A DNA stretch of 64,000 nt from a virus. The notes beneath the pieces were generated by a model. That model searched no databases. It was not told where the DNA came from and saw only the letters and a list, made by a program, of their open reading frames with translations. How positions within the stretch are numbered: the first letter of the stretch is position 1; each line of letters starts with the position of its first letter. The position numbers and the translations under genes are program-made. Shown piece after piece: positions 56,571 to 64,000 of this stretch. The stretch lies in the IMG/VR virus record IMGVR_UViG_3300038426_000075, positions 24,039 to 88,038 of that record. The stretch is one strand, 5' to 3'.

Positions 56571-56639
56571 CTACCTCTCTTCCTTTTTAAAAATCACCAC
56601 CACGTCCACCACCTCAATCTTCAACTCGTTCTGCTCAAC
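56571..56639 (-). pseudogene. Displaced duplicate of the 3' end of the 57204-57488 gene
   Basis: Encodes VEQNELKIEVVDVVVIFKKEER* versus IERNELQVGVVDIVVIFKKGE*. Confidence 0.75.
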
Positions 56640-57207
56640 CGCCTTTATTTCTCCTGTTTTCCCATTTAGTACAAATTGGACAATAACGTGCTACTTTTCC
56701 ATGATGACAAGGAAAAGGACTTGGAAACAATGGATGTCCTTTCGGGCAGTGTGTTTTTCTTGCATTTACCCCTGTAACTCCATTACCTCTCAAAAGATTT
56801 TCTCTGAGTGTTACTGGTTCTAAATGGTCTGGATTTACACACCTTCTATTTCTGCAAAGATGATCCAGTGTTAAACCGTTAGGAATGGGCCCTTTAAAAT
56901 GTTCGTATGACCACCTATGGGCATTAAAACACTTCCTAACTTTATTTTTTTCAACATTGAATTTCCCGTATCCTCCCGGAGCAATGGCCCCTATCCAATT
57001 CCAACAACCATCCTGAGCCTTCTCAACCTTGCACATAAACCTTTCTATTATAGGTTTCGTTTCTTTCCCCATTAAATCCTTTGAATGTTGAATACCAGAA
57101 CACTTTTTACTACAGTATTTCCCCTTCCCTTTTCTAACCTTAGACGTTTGCGTAAAGAATGGTTCTCCACAAACCCCACAGAGTAATTTGACAATGCTCA
57201 CTTTCAT
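56635..57207 (-). CDS. HNH homing endonuclease
   Basis: GCWNWIG, GYG.F, AHRWSY, LDHLCRNRRCVNPDHLEPVT..EN, THCPKGH. Confidence 0.9.
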   Translation of the reverse strand: MKVSIVKLLCGVCGEPFFTQTSKVRKGKGKYCSKKCSGIQHSKDLMGKETKPIIERFMCKVEKAQDGCWNWIGAIAPGGYGKFNVEKNKVRKCFNAHRWSYEHFKGPIPNGLTLDHLCRNRRCVNPDHLEPVTLRENLLRGNGVTGVNARKTHCPKGHPLFPSPFPCHHGKVARYCPICTKWENRRNKGG

Positions 57208-57488
57208 TCCCCTTTTTTGAATATTACCACTATGTCTACGACTCCCACCTGCAACTCATTCCGCTCAATTTGTTCATGACATGGCAGGCAAAGCGTGATG
57301 ACGTTGCCAGGAACATCACTTCCAAGCTGAGATCGTCGAATTACATGATGAGGAGTCAATGACTTCCTCGACCCGCAACGGCGGCACATCCAGCTATCCC
57401 GGGTAAAGATGGACCGGGTAAATTTCTTGTACTCATCGCCTTCAAGTTTCTCACGATGCGGCTTTGGAAAAGATTTAACTGCGCTCAT
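57204..57488 (-). CDS. Small HNH endonuclease
   Basis: RDSWMCRRC...HHV...G....NVITLCLPCH. Confidence 0.85.
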   Translation of the reverse strand: MSAVKSFPKPHREKLEGDEYKKFTRSIFTRDSWMCRRCGSRKSLTPHHVIRRSQLGSDVPGNVITLCLPCHEQIERNELQVGVVDIVVIFKKGE

Positions 57489-57586
57489 TCTTCGTCCTCT
57501 TCCTCACCATAGTCCTCCTCTTCCTCTTCGTCGCAATCACAAGTGTACTCAGGCTCACCACAAAACGGGCAATCATGATCGCTCAT
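57485..57586 (-). CDS. 33-aa acidic Cys micro-protein
   Basis: MSDHDCPFCGEPEYTCDCDEEEEEDYGEEEDEE; AAGGAGG RBS; ATGA-coupled. Confidence 0.55.
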   Translation of the reverse strand: MSDHDCPFCGEPEYTCDCDEEEEEDYGEEEDEE

Positions 57587-57607
57587 ACTTTCCTCCTTTC
57601 GCCTCTC

Positions 57608-57793
57608 TCACCCGTAATTACAAAACACATTATCGTGTACATAGACCTGCTTAATTCTTCCAAAACAATCACAATATGAAAAATGTGCTGAACTCCCTTT
57701 TATTATTACTTTCTTGCAATGTTCGCAGATATGCTCGGTCCTTGTTTTTCCAACGAAATGATGATATAGATGGAATTCATGACTAAATTTCAT
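57608..57793 (-). CDS. Small His/Cys-rich protein
   Basis: MKFSHEF...CEHC...CDC; coupled to upstream ORF. Confidence 0.4.
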   Translation of the reverse strand: MKFSHEFHLYHHFVGKTRTEHICEHCKKVIIKGSSAHFSYCDCFGRIKQVYVHDNVFCNYG

Positions 57794-57981
57794 GTAATCT
57801 TTCTCTCCAACTCGGCCCATTCCTCGTCCGTCAGCGGTTTGCATGGAGGAGTATGGTCGCACGGCAAAATACAGAGGGACTCAAAGTTAAGGTTTCCCTG
57901 CAGATCTCTTTTAAGAGTGCTCCATTCTTCGTCCGATTGAAGTGCTTTTCTAAACCGACAAATCGAGATGGGGATGCTCAT
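57790..57981 (-). CDS. Hypothetical protein
   Basis: ORF track, ATGA-coupled. Confidence 0.45.
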   Translation of the reverse strand: MSIPISICRFRKALQSDEEWSTLKRDLQGNLNFESLCILPCDHTPPCKPLTDEEWAELERKIT

Positions 57982-59006
57982 CCTTCCCCCTCTACGAGGA
58001 TCTCGCCGGTTTCATCAACCACATCGCCTATGAATTTCACCTTCATTACTGCCTGGATTCGTCCCAATAAACCGGTGATTATCCTCGCCTTTGAAAACTC
58101 TGCGTCCTCACTTTCGTAAGTTCCTCTGAATTCAGCGCAGACCATTTCCAATTGATTCCCCCGCTTATCCGAATTCGTCATCCTGCCAGCCAATTCAAGT
58201 GCTCTCTCCACGTTCTCCTTCTGCTCCTTAAAGAGGGGAAAGGATATCTTCTCAGGAAGAATCTCTACTTCTTTCTCGGTCTTCCTGCCCAAGGCAACCT
58301 GAACTTTTCCCCACAGCATATGGACCGTCGTTTTCTTGTTGCGGGCCACATCAATCCAGTGATCCCTGTTCTTCTTCGTAACCACCGGACCAATCTCTTT
58401 AAGCCGGGACCACCCGATTTCTCCGGCAATCTCCCTTCCGATACCGACCTCATCACACTTTTTGCGGGTCATTCGTAAATAATCGATCGCTCTCCACTTG
58501 AGCTCGAGGGGGCCTAAAGCTACCTCACAGAAATCCTTCCAATTCGTGTAGCCCAAATCGATGTAATGCCGACCCTCGAAGATCTCCTCCAGTATCTTGC
58601 CGAGATCGAACCAACGAACCTCAATTTCAGCCTTTAGGGAAAGGACCTGTTCGTAAAGCTGTTGAGCCTTGCTAACTGAGGGGACCGCCGGCGGCCTTTC
58701 GATGATCTCTCGCCGAACGTCAGTATCGTCACTCTCCTGTACTTGGGGGGTATTGGATTCCACTTCCTCCTTCTCGGCGGGCTCTTCAGTCTGCTCGTCC
58801 ACATTGATCACCGTCTCAGATTTCAATTGATAAGGCGCAACAAAACCCTCGGGCACCAGTCCAAGTTTCTCGGCGGCCGCTAATGTGATTTCGCGTGGCA
58901 CCTCGTTGAAATTGTCGCACTCAAACTGCGCCTTGCAATTTGTCAGGCACACAGCCAACTCCACTTTCCGATCTTGTCTGTTTTTGCAAATCACATAGGT
59001 CGCCAT
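57978..59006 (-). CDS. Hypothetical protein (N-terminal Cys cluster, helical possible DNA-binding region)
   Basis: Start MATYV with AAGGAGG RBS; LGKIL.EI...LGY.NWKDFC, IGWSRL. Confidence 0.6.
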   Translation of the reverse strand: MATYVICKNRQDRKVELAVCLTNCKAQFECDNFNEVPREITLAAAEKLGLVPEGFVAPYQLKSETVINVDEQTEEPAEKEEVESNTPQVQESDDTDVRREIIERPPAVPSVSKAQQLYEQVLSLKAEIEVRWFDLGKILEEIFEGRHYIDLGYTNWKDFCEVALGPLELKWRAIDYLRMTRKKCDEVGIGREIAGEIGWSRLKEIGPVVTKKNRDHWIDVARNKKTTVHMLWGKVQVALGRKTEKEVEILPEKISFPLFKEQKENVERALELAGRMTNSDKRGNQLEMVCAEFRGTYESEDAEFSKARIITGLLGRIQAVMKVKFIGDVVDETGEILVEGEG

Positions 59007-59054
59007 CGATCCTCCTTGTGTTCCTCCGAGTTGCAATGCAATTGCAACTTTCAG

Positions 59055-59654
59055 TTAGGCCCGTCCCTCTCCCTTGATCGTGGCACTATGGCCATCCGAA
59101 GAGATTGTTACGCTCTCCCCTGGACCAAGGGTTTTCTTCATGTTATCGTGAAATTCTTTAGCTATCTCCTTTGGGCCTTCTTCCTTGTTTTTTTCTCGGT
59201 CCACAAACAGCTCTCCCTGCGCTCGAATACCGTTAATGTAGTCTTCGGCTTCAGAAATCAGGTCTTCCAGGCGTTGAACGCAGTCTTCTGATAGGCACTG
59301 CGACTTATCGCCATCCTCAGAATAGGGTTCGGACGGTTTATGAGGGGTATTTAGGTTCAAATTGACATTTGACAGATTTAGGGACATTTGGGAAATGATC
59401 GTGGCCCCAAGAATTTCTGCTTCTCCGCCATAGGAAAATGAAACACCGGTCACCATGATTCGTTTTCGGTAGTCCTCCGGCAATTCGCACATAAAAATCA
59501 CGTCTTCGGAGAGGGCCTGGAGTGCGACCTGGAATTCGGGTTTTGGTTCGTTCGAACAAGCCAAAGAGAACTGATCCCAATCCTTGAGCTTATTTCGGAG
59601 TTCGTACTCTATCTTAACCTTCCCTTTACTGTACTTAATCTTTTGAAATCTCAT
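59055..59654 (-). CDS. Conserved phage hypothetical protein
   Basis: Start MRFQK with GGAGG RBS; VTGVSFSY, LNLNTP, YING.RAQGELF. Confidence 0.6.
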   Translation of the reverse strand: MRFQKIKYSKGKVKIEYELRNKLKDWDQFSLACSNEPKPEFQVALQALSEDVIFMCELPEDYRKRIMVTGVSFSYGGEAEILGATIISQMSLNLSNVNLNLNTPHKPSEPYSEDGDKSQCLSEDCVQRLEDLISEAEDYINGIRAQGELFVDREKNKEEGPKEIAKEFHDNMKKTLGPGESVTISSDGHSATIKGEGRA

Positions 59655-59969
59655 CGCTGACCTCCTTTTCAAATAAAAGACCAATTATTGTCTCATCCTC
59701 TTCCGAAAGTTCCTGGGAAAACGTGACGCTTTTGACGTACCTGGCTGAATCATCCTTGAGTAAACCTCCAAGTCTAAGGCCGTCAATCGCGGCTTTAGCA
59801 CTGATCCCATCGGGATCTGCGAGCCTCCGGCGTCTTGAATGCACATGGATACGACATTTCTGATCCATTTCTTTATCCTCATCCGCTCCTGTAGTCTCAT
59901 GGAAAACAGTTGGTTCCATGTCGGGAGTTTGAACGGCAAAATAACCGTGATTTGTTTTACCTCAGCCAC
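59635..59969 (-). CDS. RusA-like Holliday junction resolvase encoded across two overlapping frames
   Basis: Frame A (59685-59969) has ITVILPFKLPTWN; frame B (59635-59919) has RIHVHS...DPDGISAKAAIDGL...KDDS..V. Confidence 0.6.
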
Positions 59970-60051
59970 TATTGATCCTCCTCCCTTCCCCGCTCCTGGC
60001 CGATGTCCTCAATCATCGGCCTCCAAGGCCGGGAGCGGTCGGCCCATAAAG

Positions 60052-60666
60052 TTATTGTTTAAATATGCGCTTCTGGAATCGGCTCCCTCTTAATACATTT
60101 TCCCTTTGCGTAACCGCCCCCAAATGATCTGGATTCACGCATTTACGATTTCTACAAAGATGATCTAAAGTAAGTCCAAGAGGAATTTCACCCTTAAAAT
60201 ACCGATAGGCCCATCTATGCGCATGGAAAGTTTTGCTGATATTGTTCTTTTTAACAGTAAACGTTCCATACCCGTTCGCCTTAATATTTCCAATCCAGTT
60301 CCAACATCCATTTGTGTCTTTTTTAACCTTATCCATAAACCTTTCTATTACAGGTTTAGTTTCTCTCCCCATCAATGTCTCGCTAATCTTTCTCCTATGA
60401 TCCTCCGTTTTAACGTGTGCTCTCATTTTTTCTTTTGCTTCTTCTGAGTGCTTCTTCCCCAATTTGGCGATTCTTATCTTTTCCTTTGTTGCCTCACTCG
60501 TTTTCATGCCGAGATGCGAACATTTTGGGGGAATACCTTTTAACTTTTGAGACTTGCCCGTTGCCTGGCATTGTCTACTGCAATATTTCCCGGCTCCCCT
60601 TTTCAGGTGACAGGAGTACACCGAAAACCCTTTACCGCACACCTCGCACCTTACCTCTATTTTCAT
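60052..60666 (-). CDS. HNH homing endonuclease with NUMOD3 repeats
   Basis: SEATKEKI, HSEEAKEK, GCWNWIG, LDHLCRNRKCVNPDHL; paralogue of 56635-57207. Confidence 0.9.
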   Translation of the reverse strand: MKIEVRCEVCGKGFSVYSCHLKRGAGKYCSRQCQATGKSQKLKGIPPKCSHLGMKTSEATKEKIRIAKLGKKHSEEAKEKMRAHVKTEDHRRKISETLMGRETKPVIERFMDKVKKDTNGCWNWIGNIKANGYGTFTVKKNNISKTFHAHRWAYRYFKGEIPLGLTLDHLCRNRKCVNPDHLGAVTQRENVLRGSRFQKRIFKQ

Positions 60667-60921
60667 AGATTGTTTTTCTCTCCATCTTGAGAAGGTGCTA
60701 TTAATTTCATAAGCGGTGGCTTCCTTGGCCTTTTGATTCCCTTCGGGGGATTGCGCGATAGATGATGATGTGGTAGCAATTTTTCAATCAGCCATTCGAT
60801 AATTCTCCTTCTCATACATCCTCCTTATCTCACCCCTCACCGGGGTTAAAGTCTTGTCCTACGCCATTGCGTAAAGCGTGGCGTACCTTTATTATCATTC
60901 TCCTACCCTTAGCGATGGAAT

Positions 60922-62580
60922 TTAATCACTCCCATATCTTCTATCTTGGTGTTCTTTTTTTTCTGGAGCCTTCCACTCGCCCTGAGCAATAAACTTGGCT
61001 CCCTGAACTATTTTTAATTCCATCTGCATCCCTTCGGGGTTTTGTTCCGATGCCCACGTTTTCCCCTTAATGATCTTTAATCTACCCCGGTCCATAGTTA
61101 GATAAAGTCGTGGTTTCTCAAGTCCGAGGCCTCCTCCTCGCCCATATTCCTTTTGTGGATCTTTCTGGATAGCAACGAACAGAACCCCTTTATTCAATCT
61201 CTTGTGGTACTCTCGGAGTCTTTCCGCTATCAGGTAGAACTTGTCTGTAATTTCCAAAAAATCAATAATATTAACTCCATCTGGATTGAGTGCATTGGCG
61301 AAATCCTCTTCTTTTTTATAGAATCCTACCTTCCTCCATTGTTTGAGGGGCCCCTCAAATTTCTTTAGCCGTGCCTTCAACTCTGGACCATCCATCTCCG
61401 ATGAAAAATAAAGGATTGGCCACTTATCCATATTCATTCTTGCAAAATTCAGGAGGAAGGCGGTTTTCCCAGCATTCGGAATCCCAGCAATAACCAAAAT
61501 GTTCTTAGGCATAATTGAGACAAGGCGCTCGATCTCGAATGGGAACTGAAGTGGTAAAATTGAATCGTCTGCATTCTCCCAGTTAATTAGTTCAATATCG
61601 GTCTCGATCTTTATAAACATTCCATTCTTGTCGCCATATTTCTGTATAACCCTCTGATCACAAAGGCGTTTTAGTGCCATAACTACTGCCTTTTTATCGT
61701 TTCTTGTGGTCACCTGTAGTCCAATGTGGACATCTGTGGTCAAGAAGTGTCCCGTTGTGGTCATCACAAAATCATGAACCTCTGAAGAAATGTTTCTTTC
61801 TTTTCTTTCTACTCGATCAAGTGCACTTTTTATTTTTGCATCAATCCATCTTTTATCAGGATTTTCACCCCATGAAAGTATAAGTCTTTCAAGCACTTCG
61901 CAGATAAATGCAGGTTCACCACCCGCCTTTGTCATTAGATTAGCGGTATGAAAAAGGCTATCGTCCCTTTTGCCATAACTAAAGAAATTGTGGTCAGTTG
62001 TGGTCGTTGTGGTCAGTTGTGTCTCTTTTTGGTTTTGTACCCCCCCTAGAACCCCCCCTTTAAAATCTAATGCTTTTATTATTATTTCTATTGCATTTGG
62101 AATTGAAGGAGCTTGAACTTCGAATAGGCTCAAACCCTCCATCCATTGCCAACTTCTTCCTGTGCCATTTACCGAAGGTGCTACGATGATGAACCCGCCT
62201 TTTGTCCGTACATCAATACCTTCAGCTACCTTAGCTTTATTAACAAAGCCATCTTGGTGTGAGAAGAAGAAATGTTTCCCTCCTCGAGGAGTTCTCTCAC
62301 AAGGAACCAAAAGTCCATCAGGTATTGCATCATTTATCCGAGTTATTCCTGCTACTGTATCAGCATCCACCACAAGGAGATTAGAAATTTCACCAGTTAC
62401 AAGTCCGATATTTGCATCAGGCATCTTTGACCACCATGATTTGATTTCATCAGAAGTAGCTCTCCGGCTTTGATAGAGTTCCCATTTAGTCAAAGGTTTT
62501 TTGTCCTTTGCCGCCGGAATTACAGAAAATCCTTTTGCTTCGTATTGTAAGGCCGCTTCCAAGAGTTTATTCATTTCCAA
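60922..62580 (-). CDS. Bifunctional primase-polymerase fused to P-loop helicase
   Basis: GFSVIP, ANIGLVTG, VVDAD, TPRGGKH, IDVRTKGGFIIVAPS (Prim-Pol); GIPNAGKT Walker A, IIDFL. Confidence 0.9.
   Translation of the reverse strand: MEMNKLLEAALQYEAKGFSVIPAAKDKKPLTKWELYQSRRATSDEIKSWWSKMPDANIGLVTGEISNLLVVDADTVAGITRINDAIPDGLLVPCERTPRGGKHFFFSHQDGFVNKAKVAEGIDVRTKGGFIIVAPSVNGTGRSWQWMEGLSLFEVQAPSIPNAIEIIIKALDFKGGVLGGVQNQKETQLTTTTTTDHNFFSYGKRDDSLFHTANLMTKAGGEPAFICEVLERLILSWGENPDKRWIDAKIKSALDRVERKERNISSEVHDFVMTTTGHFLTTDVHIGLQVTTRNDKKAVVMALKRLCDQRVIQKYGDKNGMFIKIETDIELINWENADDSILPLQFPFEIERLVSIMPKNILVIAGIPNAGKTAFLLNFARMNMDKWPILYFSSEMDGPELKARLKKFEGPLKQWRKVGFYKKEEDFANALNPDGVNIIDFLEITDKFYLIAERLREYHKRLNKGVLFVAIQKDPQKEYGRGGGLGLEKPRLYLTMDRGRLKIIKGKTWASEQNPEGMQMELKIVQGAKFIAQGEWKAPEKKEHQDRRYGSD
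61705..62092. repeat. TGTGGTC iteron-like repeats plus AT-rich tract (candidate origin)
   Basis: Copies at 61705, 61715 (variant), 61725 (variant), 61735, 61756, 61989, 61999, 62008; AT tract ~62060-62092. Confidence 0.55.
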
Positions 62581-63059
62581 AGTCCCGCGTGATATTCAGC
62601 ATGGCAATTAGCACAGAGAATGAGAAAATCAGTCTCTAAAATTTTCTGTTGAAAATGTTCAAAACTATATTGCCTTAACCATACCGAAAATTGATCACGA
62701 GGACCCTCTTTTCCCTTGGAGTTTGTATGATGGATTTGGATTGCTGCCAATGATTTATCATATCGACACCTATCACAATGAAGTCTGTCTGTTCCTAAAT
62801 GAGCTAAAAACCAATCAATCTTCTTTTTTCTATGTTTATATGCTCGATCAAGATACTCTTTTTTATGTACCTGATAATACTTCGTGCTTCTTTTTCTTGC
62901 ACTTTCAAGATGGTTTTTGTACCATTCACCACTTTTATAGTTGGCTTCTGCCTTATGCTGCTGATAGTACTGTTTGTGCTGTTTAATAAAACGCTCTCGA
63001 TTTTTTAGATAATATTCTTTTCTATGTTCTTTTGCTTTTTCTGGATCTTTATAGGGCAT
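62571..63059 (-). CDS. HNH-like endonuclease
   Basis: MPYKDPEK, basic repeats, CDRC...QIHH...LCANCHAEYH. Confidence 0.8.
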   Translation of the reverse strand: MPYKDPEKAKEHRKEYYLKNRERFIKQHKQYYQQHKAEANYKSGEWYKNHLESARKRSTKYYQVHKKEYLDRAYKHRKKKIDWFLAHLGTDRLHCDRCRYDKSLAAIQIHHTNSKGKEGPRDQFSVWLRQYSFEHFQQKILETDFLILCANCHAEYHAGLWK

Positions 63060-63453
63060 TTGGTTGGTTTTCCTCTTTAATACCGGTTGCCTTTTCCTTC
63101 GGTGGAATATTGAGATAGTGGATATTGAAGACTATCTTTCTCCACATGCGAGAAGAAAGTTGATTTACCTGATAATTCTTGCGACCAGTCAAAAAACCTA
63201 TTTCTTTGGTGGTCATTTTTCCAAGAGTTGAAAATAACTTGCAGTAGACCTTTACGAAGTTACCCCCAGCCAATCCTATTTGGTTCTTCTTAGATACAGC
63301 ACCCCAGCAGGAGGTACAAAATAACGTAGGATTCTTAATTGTATTTTTGCCGTCCGGGAAGGTCTCTTGGTAAAGCCCTATCCTATCCGCTGCGACTCCA
63401 CAGAAAAAACATTTATATTCGTTGAGTCGAGACTTAGCCATTTCTGAATTCAT
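63049..63453 (-). CDS. Hypothetical protein
   Basis: CFFC/CTSC. Confidence 0.5.
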   Translation of the reverse strand: MNSEMAKSRLNEYKCFFCGVAADRIGLYQETFPDGKNTIKNPTLFCTSCWGAVSKKNQIGLAGGNFVKVYCKLFSTLGKMTTKEIGFLTGRKNYQVNQLSSRMWRKIVFNIHYLNIPPKEKATGIKEENQPNAL

Positions 63454-63550
63454 ATTTAGATCCCCAACATTCTCTCTTCGAAATGCTTCCCCATAATGAT
63501 CGTCTTTCTCGTGTAGACATAGTTATTCTCCACCATCAAGGTCCAATACC

Positions 63551-63898
63551 CTATAGGTCTCTATCTTCTAAAAATGTTAAAAATTGCTCAGCGTTCATTA
63601 ATGTAGTACTGCCATTTTGGTGATCTTTTACTATAAACGTGGCCACATTAAAATCCTCATCATCCATGTGTCTATCGGTGTACCCCGAGCCTCCACAGAC
63701 TTCACACTTAATTTTACCTATCTTTTTAACGAGTGGAAGTTTGACTGTGTAAAGACCTCTATAAAATTCTGCCTTCGGATCGGCGATTCTTAGTAATCTG
63801 TCGAGCAATTCGAAAGTTCTTTTCTGAGCATACTTCATGTCCCTATTCATCTTTTTCTCTATTAATTTTATTTCGGAATTGTTTACTTGACAAACCAT
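63551..63898 (-). CDS. Hypothetical protein
   Basis: ORF track; start uncertain. Confidence 0.4.
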   Translation of the reverse strand: MVCQVNNSEIKLIEKKMNRDMKYAQKRTFELLDRLLRIADPKAEFYRGLYTVKLPLVKKIGKIKCEVCGGSGYTDRHMDDEDFNVATFIVKDHQNGSTTLMNAEQFLTFLEDRDL

Positions 63899-63916
63899 TG
63901 GCCGTTTCCTTATAAT
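63887..63916 (+). promoter_or_regulatory. Consensus sigma70 promoter
   Basis: TTGACA-18 nt-TATAAT. Confidence 0.65.
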
Positions 63917-63951
63917 AAAAACATCCTATCCTACAGAAAGGAGCAATCCCA

Positions 63952-64000
63952 ATGGCAAAAGTACCAGCATTTTACTCCATCAATGAGGTCAAGAAGCCAG
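63952..64000 (+). CDS. Truncated plus-strand ORF (MAKVPAFYSINEVKKP...)
   Basis: AAGGAG RBS downstream of promoter; runs off window. Confidence 0.55.
   Translation, partial: MAKVPAFYSINEVKKP

Noticed and set aside
59989-60038. GC-rich branched hairpin downstream of HNH 60052-60666 as a second displaced gene tail
   Set aside because: No convincing peptide similarity to the upstream ORF end; may be an RNA structure but unsupported
1-64000. Alternative genetic code, integrase/att sites, host assignment
   Set aside because: Genes read intact in the standard code with all three stops used; no integrase or host genes in the window; host cannot be determined from this sequence

Overview
The window is a contiguous 64 kb stretch of a tailed dsDNA phage or prophage, probably podovirus-like with large ejected internal proteins. 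No host genes, integrase, repressor or genome ends are visible. Almost all genes lie on the minus strand. Read from right to left: (i) replication and early genes (Prim-Pol/helicase with embedded iteron-like repeats, RusA-like resolvase split over two frames, ASCH, radical SAM, DUF5131-like); (ii) a late promoter followed by a lysis/envelope module (M15 endolysin plus a catalytically dead paralogue, holin-like protein, two papain-like peptidases, glycosyltransferase, metallophosphoesterase, lipoprotein); (iii) TerS/TerL, about 8 kb of small ORFs including a DUF3800-like moron, and the portal; (iv) an ATP-grasp enzyme, four consecutive fibre/spike-like genes carrying Sec signal peptides, small basic proteins, tRNA-Met, scaffold and major capsid protein; (v) adaptor and tail genes including a His-repeat fibre and a Cys-rich protein; and (vi) ejection proteins ending in a truncated large polyvalent protein. 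About ten HNH/EndoVII nuclease genes are interspersed. The most notable signals are the secreted virion-like proteins in the head operon, short peptide tags shared among unrelated proteins (including the ATP-grasp enzyme and the giant ejected protein), and a genome-wide 14-bp palindrome TACGCA-NN-TGCGTA that overlaps promoters. Family names come from motif recognition by eye; no database searches were run.
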